IMG/VR virus record: IMGVR_UViG_3300013383_000014
Location: 101,724 to 165,723 of that record
DNA length: 64,000 bases
Source: a virus
Taxonomy: Duplodnaviria > Caudoviricetes
Reading direction: 5' to 3' (one strand)
In this document: positions 37,801 to 49,135 of the stretch, one piece after another
Numbering within the stretch: the stretch's first letter is position 1
How the letters are laid out: each line of letters starts with the position of its first letter
Position numbers and translations under genes: made by a program
The notes under the pieces: generated by a model
The model's database searches: none
The model's input: the letters and a program-made list of their open reading frames with translations, nothing else
What the model was told of the DNA's origin: nothing

Positions 37801-40800
37801 TAATTGAAGTGAAATAACTAAATCAAACTTTATTTCAATTGTAAATAAAATAGGAAATTCAGTAGATGACGATAGTGATATTTCTGTTAATTTTGAAAAT
37901 ACTTTAAATTTGCCAGAACAAAAATTTCAAAAGCAAGTTAGGAAGTTTTTGTCAATGGTAAATAAGCACTCAAAAACCCCATCATATATAAGAGATTCTA
38001 TGGAAGCTTTGAAAAGCAAAGTTTTTTCTGGAATTTTCCAAGTAACAACGTTTGCTCAAAACCAAATGAAAGCTCAAATTATGGTGGATGCTTGTACAGG
38101 AGAACTAAAACGACGTGCGGCAGATACAGTTGCTGGTAGTGCAGAGAAATTAATTACACCAGACAATCCAGCAAGTAAATATATTATGCAAGAACAATGT
38201 ATGCTAGGAAAAGCGGTAGTTGGTATTGGTGCGGTTTCGTTGAAGACATACTTTATTTTGTCAACAATGAATCAACAAAAAGCGGAACGTTGTACTGATT
38301 TAATTAACGCTGGTAATTATGAGTTGGCAGAGAATGTGCTAAAAACAATGGTCATTAATGGGCCGTACGGCATAACAACAATTGCTAACACAAATTTAAG
38401 ACAAATACAAAGAGCTCTTAATAGGGCGCCGGAAACACAGGAAACAAATAGAATGTGATCTGTTTTAAATGCTTTAATTAAAAATTCACAATTTATTAGT
38501 GCACCCGAATTTTTGTCTGGAATTATTTCACTAGCAGCAGATAACGCAAAAGATTTGGCACTGCCTAAATTAAATGCAACGTCTGACCTTGTTGATATAT
38601 ACACAACATCCGCAATGCTTGGAATACCTTTCCAGGAAACGGCTAGAATTATGACATCTGATATATTTAACTGAATGACAAAAGCTGGAGCTAATGATAT
38701 TTTTGATGATTACACAGATGGAAACAAGGTGAAGAAAATGGTGAAATTTATTCTTTTCCAGAATTTTGGAAAATTAAATATGGGACAAATTTATCAAGTT
38801 ATTAATAAATATAATAATTGAGCACCAAAACACGGAAAACCTGTTATTAATACAAACAACGTTGAATTACCTGTAATTCTAAGTAATATTTTAAACATAT
38901 CTAATATAAAAGAATTTTTATCTGCGCAAGATGGCATGATACAAAACGCGGCAGAATATATGTCAGAGGAGGCCCAGATAGCATATGATAGATTAGTACA
39001 AGATGCTTCAGACCAAGGACTACCTATACCAGAACCGGATATGTTAAAACAAGATTGTTATAATGCATATAGAGTATTTGAGAATTATGAACAAATGCTA
39101 TCAATTGGTTATGATGTAGAGGATATTGAAATATTAAATAAACTTCTTAACATTGTTACAGAAATGACAACATTGGGGCAACAGGGTTCTATTAACCAAG
39201 GAATGAAAACAAATACAAATGATTTTATTTCTTTTAGTAGGAAAATTTCAGATATGATAAACGATAAAATTGATGCACTAAATAAAGCTTTGAAAAAGGA
39301 CGCAGCAAAGAGGGACGTTAAATTTAATCCATATCCACAATTTAATATGACTAAATATCTGTTAGACCCAGAGTATAGAGAAAATGAAATTAACTTTTAT
39401 GAGGACGCACTAAAAAGCGGATTTAACATTTTGGAAGCACTTGCATATTCTCCGAATTTCTTTAACATGTCTCAACTCGTGCCATTTACAGAAGAAATGC
39501 TAAAGAACTCATATGCGTATCGAGTAATTGAACAAGTTAGCAACGAGTTACTTGATAAGAAAATGTTATATAGTATTTCTCAAAATGACGCAAAACAAAT
39601 TTCAAATACTGTGTTTGATGCAATGATTTATAGTTTTCTTATAAATGGCGATTTTGAAATGGACTTAACTCAGATTGACTCTGATTTTAGTATTTATACT
39701 CCTGATAAAATGTTGAGTGAAACATCTAGAAAGAAACTAACTCTAAAAACCCCAGAGGAAATTGCATCATTTAAACATTTGATGGAAACAGTAATTATTC
39801 CAAAACTTCGCTCGGATTCTAGATATTCTGATAATCAATTTATTAGAGATTTGGGATTTCAGGAAGATACTGCTGGTAAAACAAAACTCGCATTACCGAT
39901 ACAGATGATGAATGTGGACTCTGATACGGGAACGCAGTCTAGATATTCTCGTTACTTGGATGATTTTAATAAACTCTGTAAAGATTCAATTTATGGCCAA
40001 AATATCGGTTCGTTGATGTTTTTGTATAACTTAATTGTTAATAAAAACGGATACGGGCAAAATTCTTTAACTAGAATATTTGAAGATCTAATTGATAGTA
40101 AAAATCAACCAGAATCAATACAAGCATACTATAAATGAATTGGAACTTTAGATAAGAGTGGTCAATCTATAGATCCAAATCTGAGTGCAGATATTTTATA
40201 TAGGATAAAGAACTACTCTCGTGGAACAAAAATTCAAACAAAAAATCTTATACAAAAAGTTAACTTAAACTCGGACTTTACGTTTGAATTACCTTATACA
40301 GCAAAATTAAACCAAGCAAAATGGCTTAACAACCAGCCTTATTTGGCCAATGTTACTACAGTTGGGAACATTGATCCGGTTGAGGCGATTACCGCGTTGG
40401 GGGCTACAATTAATAATATAAAACCTGGCACAATTACATTTATAACGGACGCTATAGTAAAAGAACAAGGTTTACCAAAAGAAGCTGGTTTTGTTATGAA
40501 TGGAAAGATTTATATAAATAAATCAAGGTTTAATAATGTTGCAGATGCAATTGGGGTAGAAGCACATGAGCTTTCCCATTTAGTTTTGGCCGCAATGAAA
40601 GTAAATCAGGATTATAATTTTAGAAATGCTTTTTATAAATTATTAGCGTCAGTGAAGAACGATCCAGACTACAATAAATATATGGAAGCATATCCAGATT
40701 TAGTTGGTTCAGACTTAGATGAGGAGATTGTTGCATCAAAAATTGGAAAACTTATTGCAAATCAAATTAGTAATAATTCAGATTTGGAGTTACAAATAGT

Positions 40801-41041
40801 AAATGGGGAAATGTTGCTTGATGCCTTTAATGTATTGTTTAATAATAAGAATATTACGTTAAGGGACATTGTTAATAGTAACACAGAGTATCTTTTGGAG
40901 AATTTTGCTAAAAATATATTTAGTTTTACAAATGAAATAAATGAGGATTTTATTAAAAAAGATCAGCGTATTTCTGGTATTAAAACTAGATTATTTAATA
41001 GTACAAACTCAAATTGGAATTTAAAACAGGATTGTAAATAA
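31832..41041 (+). CDS. Virion RNA polymerase with C-terminal zincin-like domain (3069 aa)
   Basis: RIPTQ..GSDYDIDK catalytic DxDxD (37598-37612); QDG and DNAK motifs; HELSH..EE (40565-40579); 12 in-frame TGA by my count and no TAA/TAG. Confidence 0.92.
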
Positions 41042-44000
41042 TGAAAGTATTACAAAATGGATGTAAATGAAAACTTACTTGAGATGGTAAGTTAATTGAA
41101 ACAACAATTGGTGGGGGTCTAGATGACGAGGGTCTAGACTCCTTCCTTTTAAGAAATTCAAATAATAAAGTTTTTGATAAAGTAAATAATATATTTTATT
41201 CAAAAACAATGCAAGATCAAGTAGATGATAAAATTAAAGAAATTATTGCTGATAGAAAAAGTGGGGCAATTGAATATGCACATAAATTCCAAAACGAGGA
41301 CGGCGAACCAGAAGTAGAAATGATTTTAAAAATTCCAGATTCGATTGGTACAACTCGTTTTTTATCTGAAGTAAATTTAGAAAATGGGAAACCCCTAGTT
41401 ACTAAATTTGATCAAGAAGACTGAAAATCAGATAAAATTAAAACATATAATAGTTCTACTCCAGTTTTAAATATATTAGACCAAGACATGACTAAGTTTG
41501 CATTAGATAATAATAAAACTCCAGAAGAAATGATTAAAATGGAAATGGAGTCTTGGCCTAAATTAACAGAAACAGGAACAGAGGTCCATAAGATATTTGA
41601 GGATATTTTTAGCGATAAAACTCCAATTAAGCCAAAATCATTGTCAGACACAGTGTTCAATAGTCTTGTTGCGCAAGTAAATACATTTAAAGATTCATTA
41701 AAAAAGAAGTATCCAAATTGTCGTTTTTATACAGAATTGGGAATTAAGTCAAAAAACCTCGCTCCAGATATGCAGGAGCTTCTGAATAATGCAGGACTTA
41801 CGTCTATAAATGGTGTTATCGACCTTTTGGTTATTGACGAAAATGGAAATGGGCACGTTTATGATTATAAAGTAACTCGTAAAGCAATCGCACCAACAGG
41901 AGACGACATAAACACTTGATGAAAAACCACGGGAAATAAAGCAATTCAAACAAGGCATTTGTGGCCTTCAACAAAGAAACTGGCTGCAGAATACCAATTA
42001 GAATTATATAAAAATATGCTTAGTGCATATGGAATTAACACAATTGACACAAACGTTGTTCCGATCAAAATTAATTTTGAGTACGATAATTCTAACAACC
42101 CATTTGAAGTAACTGGAGTTAAAGACATTAATGTGCCTACCGAGTCTGGTATAATTAAAAATCCTGCAAAATGAAACGGTGGAGAACATGCAAAACGAAT
42201 TAAAAAAATGTTTACAACTACGGCTACAATTGATCCCGACGAAGTAACTAATCTTTCTAAAGTTTGGGATAGTTTTTTTCCACAAAATAGTATTATTGCC
42301 AAAAGAGAAACGGAAAGAAGTAATGTCGATTTCTATAAAAAGAACGATTCCTATGTGCACAAGGTACTACCAGGTGAACGTTATTATGGAGAACCAGGAC
42401 ATGAGTATAGACTTTCCTTAAAAGGAGTCAATTCTAAATATGTGTACTGCGATGAAGCTGATCTTGATAATAAATTAACAGAATATATAAACACATTAGC
42501 TATATCTAGAGCTGATTTTAGTGTAAATATTGCAGAAGCAATCGAGAATGTTAAATCTGGGTCTGATGAAAGCGAGTTGTTTAATTTGGTTGGAGAAAAG
42601 CAACAAAACTTTTTTCGCACTTCAATAGAAAAATATTTACGTCCGGAATGGCAATTTGTTCCAAATCCAGCGATGAATTCCCTTGGTTTACTTGTTTTTA
42701 AAAATGGAAATCGTTGTGAAATAGTAACACTAACTGACAAGGCGCTTCGAGTAACACAAAATCTTGGGGAAGGAAAGTCTATTTTAGGGAAAACAGTTGA
42801 TGATAAACACGTTGATGCCAGAGAAATACTACCTGCAATGCAGGGTAATATGGAGCTAATAAAAGCAATGATTTATATTTCCCAGCACGAGGATGTTTTT
42901 GATGGCTTAAAAATCACTGGCATTAAAGTACTCAATCCAAAGAATGGAACTGAAATGAGTGTCCTTTTATCACAATTAATTAATAATTACAATGCGCTTG
43001 TTGCGGAAAATAAAGCGTCTGGAGCAAAACGAATCAGTCAGCGTCTTTTTGCGTCGGATTTTGAAGCAATTGTAAAAAATGCAGAAGATTATGTAAATGG
43101 GCTAGAACAATTACTTGAAAATGGTGGTCACGGAGCAAATGACAATTATTATACTACAGAATGGTTTTCAAACGCAATAGATTTATTTAAAAAACATTAT
43201 GGAAATCAAATGGATTTTAATGCTGGCTATCAAAATACTGCAATTTGAAATGCGTATCAAAAATTATATGATGGGCTCATTTTGTCACAAGGATATAAAA
43301 CACACGAAGAAACCGACAAGGAGGATGTTATTTCTGGAAAGTTTTATGAATTAAATGGATTGCTTATTTCATCTCCACAATTATCCGCTTCTTCAAATAT
43401 ACGTGAATTAGGTCAAGCAATTGATGATTATGCAATGGAGGTTAGAAAGCGTTGTTTTGAGATGGGAATGCCTTTTGATTTAGCTCTTAGAAAGTTCTAT
43501 GAAAAGCACGGTACTGGCGCAAAGGTTTTTGATATATTTTATGCCGATAGAGAAAACCTTATTTTAAAAGATCCAGATTCTCCGGAATTTGCTGGTGATC
43601 AAGAAGCAAAAGAAGTACTTAATTTGTTTTTAAGAACACTTGCCAAATTGCGGGATCCAAATATAGAAACAGAAGAAGACTACAAACGCGCAAAACAACG
43701 GGAGGATTATTATGCAATCCCGTTACTCGAAGGAACATTTACACGCCAAGCAAAGAATATTGGATTTTTAAAAGCAGTTAAAAATAAATTTAAAGAAAAC
43801 TGAACTACGACCAAGAATCTTTTTATGGGAGAGGAGGTTGAATATGGTATGGATAATTATATATCCGAAAACCAGGAAGTTTATAACAAACTTAAATATG
43901 ACAACATGCTTGCTAGGCAAGATAGGCTCGTGAAATACGGTGGTGCCGGAATGATGGAAACGGACCTTGAATTAATAATGCATGCGGCATTGGTAGCTTT

Positions 44001-45636
44001 TAATCGCTCAAATGTTAGTAGAAAAGTACTCCCAATTATTACTGGCCTTAAAATGGGTCTTGAATATCGAGACGCGCATGGATCTTTTGAAAATAAAGGA
44101 AAGCGCCAGGATATGGCAAACATTAGAAAACGTTTTGACCAAATTGTAAAAAGTAAACTTTATGGAGAATCGATTGTCCCAGAGAAAGCACAAGGCTTGC
44201 TAAAGTTTATTAACTTAGTTAAATCGTTTTTTACAACAATGACCCTTTCTTTAAATAGTAGATCTTTCTTACGAGAAACTTTATCTGGTATTTACAATGG
44301 AGTTAGCCGAGCTGGAGTAAAAATGTACCCAGGAATTGACGAAAAACACTATATTGAAGGACTAACTTACGTTATGCAAGAATGCCCTAAAAATTTTAGT
44401 GGAGTTAGTCTTTTACAACAACTAAATGCGGTTTATGGAATGGCAAACCAGTCGCTTAACCAGTTGCAGGGATATAAAGTTAATTGGGCGCATATTAGCC
44501 ATTGGGGAAAAGACACAGCATTTTTGACGGCCTCTTCCCCAGACTTCTTGCATAGAATGGCATTACTTATTGCCAAAATGAAAAGTGACGGTTGTTTTGA
44601 TGCTTATTCGCTTGATGAAAATGGATTGTTAAAATACGACTTTAAAAAGGATAGGCGATTTGAACATTTCGTTAATGGAGAAACTACAAATGAGAATTAT
44701 TTAAAAGAAAAGTCATTATATTTAACAATGATCGATGAGTTCAATAAAACCGGCTTTAAAAATCCAGACGGAACACAACTAAATGCAGAGAATATGGATG
44801 CATTACCACAGGCATATACACGAATTGAGGGGCAGAGTATTAAAAACTTTGCAGATTTATTATATGGCCATTATGATGATGAATCGAAGTCGTTGTTATG
44901 TGACACTTTCTTAGGTTCTATTTTCTTGCAGTACAAGACATTTTTAACAGCAAAAGTTGAGCAGCTCACAATGACGAAAGGAGTTTATAATACTGCCCAA
45001 TTAAAACAACAGTTTGATAAAGACGGAAATCCATTATATGTTAAATATTACTGGGACGAAGATAACAAACCACATAAAGACACAATTTTACAAAGCGAAT
45101 ATGAAGCACTTTCTGATGAAGAAAAAAAGGCATGTAGGTTGTTGTTTGCTTATGAAGGTTCTCCAATGCAAGGTATTTTCCAGGAGTCCATGAATGTTTA
45201 TAAAACATTATTAACAATGAATCCAGAAAAGATTAAAAAGGTATGGAGTGACCAAACAACGAGAGCAATGTTTATGTTGCAAATACATGATTTGTGGTTC
45301 TTAGGGTTGATGATATTCCTAGTCACTTATGTGTTTGGTACAATGGAAGACTTGGATGATCCACTCAACCAGAAGGCTGTATATAGTGCAATGCGTAAAG
45401 CTGGACCAGTTGAAAGTCTTGCATATAATGTACTTGCTGGATCTATGGCAGATTTTTCGTTGCCAAATATAATTAACTCGTTTACAGATAAGCCGCCAGT
45501 AGTATCTGCCCTCTCAAAATTTGCTACAACTTCAATGAATTTAATTACCGGTGATTCGTCCGTTACAAATTGATTAACACGAAATATTGGTGCAATTAGA
45601 GATCTTGAGGGACTTACAAATATGATTGATGAATAA
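41041..45636 (+). CDS. Giant putative virion protein with N-terminal RecB-type PD-(D/E)XK nuclease domain (1531 aa)
   Basis: GTEVH..E..GVIDLL..DYK..QLELY motif series; one frame through TGA; hydrophobic helix near the C-terminus; TAA 45634-45636. Confidence 0.85.
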
Positions 45637-45639
45637 TTA

Positions 45640-45685
45640 AAAAAATAACCCCTACACAACCGAAAGGTCATGTAGGGGTTTTATT
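45640..45685. terminator. Bidirectional terminator at the convergence of the two gene blocks
   Basis: aacccctaca / tgtaggggtt stem with inner acc-GAAA-ggt; A-run before and T-run after. Confidence 0.85.
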
Positions 45686-45731
45686 ATATGATATTGTTCC
45701 AAATAAAATTCACAATTTTGTGAAAAAATAG

Positions 45732-45764
45732 CTACTACAATAGCTAAAACCTCTATTGTAGTAG
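45732..45764. repeat. Perfect 12-bp inverted repeat
   Basis: ctactacaatag-N9-ctattgtagtag. Confidence 0.85.
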
Positions 45765-45919
45765 TCAAAAGTTGTTCTGTAGGAAACTAGTGTTTCTCTG
45801 TAACTAACTAATATATAATGTATTAACCCTATTTTTAACAATAATCTCTTCTTATCTAATTATTAGTTTTGTAAAATATTTTTATAAATACAAAATAAAT
45901 AAACAATTATTTTTTATTA

Positions 45920-46015
45920 TGAAAAAATGTGCGCACTCTGCGCATATATTTTCATAATAGTGCGCATATATTTTCAACTAACTATACTTAATATATACTT
46001 AATAACTATACTTAA
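45920..46015. repeat. Orphan iteron-like repeats plus AT-rich TATACTTAA repeats
   Basis: tgcgcatatattttca at 45939 and 45961 (22-bp period); inverted copy with 2 mismatches at 45920-45935; then three tatacttaa. Confidence 0.85.
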
Positions 46016-46030
46016 ATAAATTTCAAAAGA

Positions 46031-46070
46031 AAAAATAAGGGGCGTGTAGCATAAAACTACACACCCCTAT
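46031..46070 (-). terminator. Terminator of the RepL-like gene
   Basis: aggggcgtgtag / ctacacacccct stem preceded by an A-run. Confidence 0.75.
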
Positions 46071-46073
46071 ATA

Positions 46074-46535
46074 TTATTCTTCTGTTGTTTCATCTTCCGT
46101 GTAAGTCAAGATAACTTTTCTAGTTTTTGGTAATTCATTAATTTTCCCCTTATAAAAATACTTCGGATTCAAATAATATGTCGATCTATGTTTTGGATCT
46201 TTTATGATTGTTTGTGATTTTGCCAGCCCTGAAATACAGTTTCTAATCGTTTGTCTTTTTATTCCGAGATCATTTTCAATTTTATCAAAAAGTAAATCTC
46301 CTACAACTATACAATTCCCAGTCATTCCGTCATCTGGGTAAGACGAAAATTTTCACAACCAAGCTAACACTCGCAACTCCGTCTGCGTTTTTATATTCAT
46401 TATTCCGGATAAATCGTTCAGATATAAATAAATAAAATTATCTTTTGTGTACTTTCTCTCTGCCACGATTGTAGTGGTTTCTTCTAAAATTTCTCCAGTG
46501 TTGGAGTCTACTACTGTTTTCTTTTGCTCTTTCAT
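46074..46535 (-). CDS. RepL-like (plasmid replication protein family) wHTH protein (153 aa)
   Basis: VDSNTGEI N-terminus, F..LY, HTH and YYLNPKYFYKG; the two track ORFs join across TGA 46353-46355. Confidence 0.75.
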
Positions 46536-46571
46536 AATTTTTATACTTTTGTTAACTACATTTTTATACTG

Positions 46572-46603
46572 CAAATATAGTTATATTTTTTATAAAAAGC
46601 AAG
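46572..46603 (-). promoter_or_regulatory. Bacteroidetes promoter for the RepL-like gene
   Basis: Reverse complement cTTG-N20-TATATTTG. Confidence 0.7.
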
Positions 46604-46620
46604 AGTTTCTACTTTTTTTC

Positions 46621-46694
46621 GAGTATAAAGATTGTATCAATGGAGTATAAAAGTAGTGTCAATGGAGTATAAATATTATATAACTGGAGTATAA
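46621..46694. repeat. Four iteron-like 22-bp repeats (core (TG)GAGTATAA)
   Basis: GAGTATAA at 46621, 46643, 46665 and 46687. Confidence 0.9.
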
Positions 46695-46763
46695 CTTTTC
46701 ACATCAACGTGTTATATATCAGGAACTTAACTATGTTTTTCCTATATTTATATTATATATAAC

Positions 46764-46803
46764 AAAAAAATAAGGGCCATACAGCTTTCGCCATATGACC
46801 CTA
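46764..46803 (-). terminator. Terminator ending the long - strand operon
   Basis: A7 plus an agggccata..tatgaccct hairpin just after stop 46808. Confidence 0.65.
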
Positions 46804-46807
46804 TATA

Positions 46808-47053
46808 TTACTCTTCGTACTTTTTTAATATTTCATCAAACTTTTCCTCAGGAAAATCATCCTCCATTGCGTTGTCTATAATTTCGTACACCTTAGGTGC
46901 TCCCTTTTTAAACATATTTTTTACTCTATCAAAGTAATTTCTTCTATGCTCCTCCATTGTAACAAGCACAATTCCAAAAAGAGCCATGAAAAACATTCCT
47001 GCAAACACAGAAAGTACAAGCAAAATTGCCAAAATAATAATTGTTGCTACCAT
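46808..47053 (-). CDS. Small membrane protein
   Basis: N-terminal ~32-aa hydrophobic stretch; TAATG coupling. Confidence 0.7.
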   Translation of the reverse strand: MVATIIILAILLVLSVFAGMFFMALFGIVLVTMEEHRRNYFDRVKNMFKKGAPKVYEIIDNAMEDDFPEEKFDEILKKYEE

Positions 47054-47253
47054 TAGTTATATTTCTTTTTAAAATAATTATATGCCCATTTATATAACTT
47101 ACAATTTCGGGCAAGATCTAATGTTCTATTAAATTCACCCTGTGACGCATCGTATAAAGCAAATGCAAACACAAAGAAAGCCACTCCTACAAATCCAAAT
47201 AAGAGAGTTGCTACTAGCACATAAAGGAGTATTCTAATTAAGACGATCATCAT
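47053..47253 (-). CDS. Small membrane protein
   Basis: N-terminal hydrophobic stretch and basic C-terminus. Confidence 0.7.
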   Translation of the reverse strand: MMIVLIRILLYVLVATLLFGFVGVAFFVFAFALYDASQGEFNRTLDLARNCKLYKWAYNYFKKKYN

Positions 47254-47434
47254 TCGGAACTAGCCACAAAATAATCAATCCAAGTAAGCCTAGAAAGAAA
47301 CCAAGTAGGCCTCCGATAAGCATATTGGCAGACTTGTTATCTTTTATAAAGTTCTTCTTTCCTCCCTCTTTTATAGCGAAATAAATAATTGTGATGTAAA
47401 TAATCACTGTTAAGAGCATTGTAAATCCGTCCAT
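47234..47434 (-). CDS. Small two-TM membrane protein
   Basis: Two hydrophobic helices; GGLLGFFLGLLGLIILWLVP. Confidence 0.7.
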   Translation of the reverse strand: MDGFTMLLTVIIYITIIYFAIKEGGKKNFIKDNKSANMLIGGLLGFFLGLLGLIILWLVPNDDRLN

Positions 47435-48108
47435 TTTACTATTTTATTAAATAAATCTTCAAGAGTTCCGTTGTTTTCAATTATAAAATCAAAATCGTGA
47501 TTCTCTTTCATCTCTAGCACTTCGTTTTCACTGGAGTGTTGTTCTGGTGCACAATTCGGGTTGTCTATGTATATAACAATTCCCTTATGTTTTCTAACCG
47601 CCTCTAGTTCTATTTTAAAACGCAAGTCTGTAATAATCATTTTATCAAAAGTGTGCTTCATTGCCCTTTCAGCCCAAAAAGCATCTCCGAAAAGTCCCCT
47701 AACAATTTCCGTGCCAAAACATTGTAGGAGTTGTCTAATTGTTATAAAATGTGTTCTTAAAAAAGAAAAATCTTTTTCGGAAATCATTTTAATAAAATCA
47801 GATTCAGAAAGAGTTTCCTCTTTTGGAGGAAAGCTAGTTGTTTCCAGACCTCTTATATAGAAATGCTCTTTAAAATCCCGATCATAAAACTTTTCTACAG
47901 GTATGCCAAGTAAGACAGAGAGCGTATCTTTAAGAGAATCTGCAAAAGCGACCTTCTTATATGTGTCATTAAAAGCATATCGGTAATGTCGGTACATCCA
48001 GTACTTCTTAAAAGGCTCTGGAACACTCAGGCAGTACTGTAACATATCTGCTACAGTATCTTTGCCCGAGTTTTTTAATCCAGAAATAACAATAATATTA
48101 TTCAACAT
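47410..48108 (-). CDS. Deoxynucleoside monophosphate kinase
   Basis: ISGLKNSGKDT P-loop, FADSLK, RQLLQ.FGTE..R, ITDLRF..E, HSSE. Confidence 0.9.
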   Translation of the reverse strand: MLNNIIVISGLKNSGKDTVADMLQYCLSVPEPFKKYWMYRHYRYAFNDTYKKVAFADSLKDTLSVLLGIPVEKFYDRDFKEHFYIRGLETTSFPPKEETLSESDFIKMISEKDFSFLRTHFITIRQLLQCFGTEIVRGLFGDAFWAERAMKHTFDKMIITDLRFKIELEAVRKHKGIVIYIDNPNCAPEQHSSENEVLEMKENHDFDFIIENNGTLEDLFNKIVKWTDLQCS

Positions 48109-49135
48109 TTACAGATATTTTTATATCATAATCACTTCTGTTAATTGTTTCTTCGAGAGCTCTAGACGCATCTTTAAAAGCTCCCTCTATGCAATCTTTT
48201 AACATAATTCCACACAACTCCTTATCTAGATCACTTTGTGGAGAGTACATAAGATATGTTCTAATTGATGAAATAGATGTGCCAACTGGAGACAATATAT
48301 ATTTATCTCGTAGTTGTTTTACTGCAACGGAGTTCCACTCTGGTGTATAAGAACATGCATAATAAGTAGATTGTAACAAGACTTTTACTGCTGTTTTTAC
48401 ATCCGAAATATCATATCCTGTAAGAAGTCTTAATCCTAGTCCAACAGAACTTTTATCTGGAGATTTAAGCAAGTCTCTTATAGAGAAAAAATCGTCTTTA
48501 TTTAATTTGTTGAGACTTTTTGAAACAATTGTATCAAGATCCGTGTCTGTAATTATTGCATTTATTTGATCAGTCATAATATTATATACTAAGTCTCCTT
48601 GAGGGTAACATATCGTAACATCTTCGTATAATATTTTTGGTGTAGCATTTTCTTTAAAAATAAATGGACGCCTCTTTAAAAACCCGTACCAATCTTGTGC
48701 ATATTCGTCACCGTAACGTGAAGAGGTACGATGTTGACATGGAAGAGCTCCTTGAACAACATAATAACACTCTTCACCTTCTAATATGTAACGATGTTCA
48801 ATATAAAAATTAATAGGCGATTCATGTATAACAACACAATCAGATTTATCAATTTTAATAACCCTTTTAAAAGAGGTGTCCTTGATTTTAAACCTTGGAA
48901 ATTTTGAATTTTTACTAAAATATAATTTTGACCCCTCTTTTAATTCTTTTGTTGTTGCATTTTTTATCTTATTGCAGTAGTCGTTATTTGAAATAGGATT
49001 TACAATGCAGTTTGCATGAAAATCACTTCAGAAACTATCCCAATACGAATGGTCTTTAATGCACTCCGGTTCCATTACATCCCAATAAACGCCTCTAATT
49101 TCATATATTGGTTTGTCTTTTAATAAAATTGGCAT
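48098..49135 (-). CDS. Hypothetical protein, paralog B (345 aa)
   Basis: ATG 49135 overlaps the upstream TAA; TGA 49028-49030 read through; shares motifs with the neighbouring gene. Confidence 0.8.

Noticed and set aside
31832-41041. Introns or inteins in RNAP or other large genes
   Set aside because: Frames are continuous, and I saw no intein splice motifs or embedded endonuclease domains
4404-45636. Many short ORFs suggesting pseudogenes or sequencing errors
   Set aside because: All breaks are in-frame TGA, with no frameshifts or internal TAA/TAG, and catalytic motifs are intact
45637-46073. Suppressor tRNA in intergenic DNA
   Set aside because: No cloverleaf or T-loop consensus seen here or in other gaps; needs a tRNAscan run to confirm
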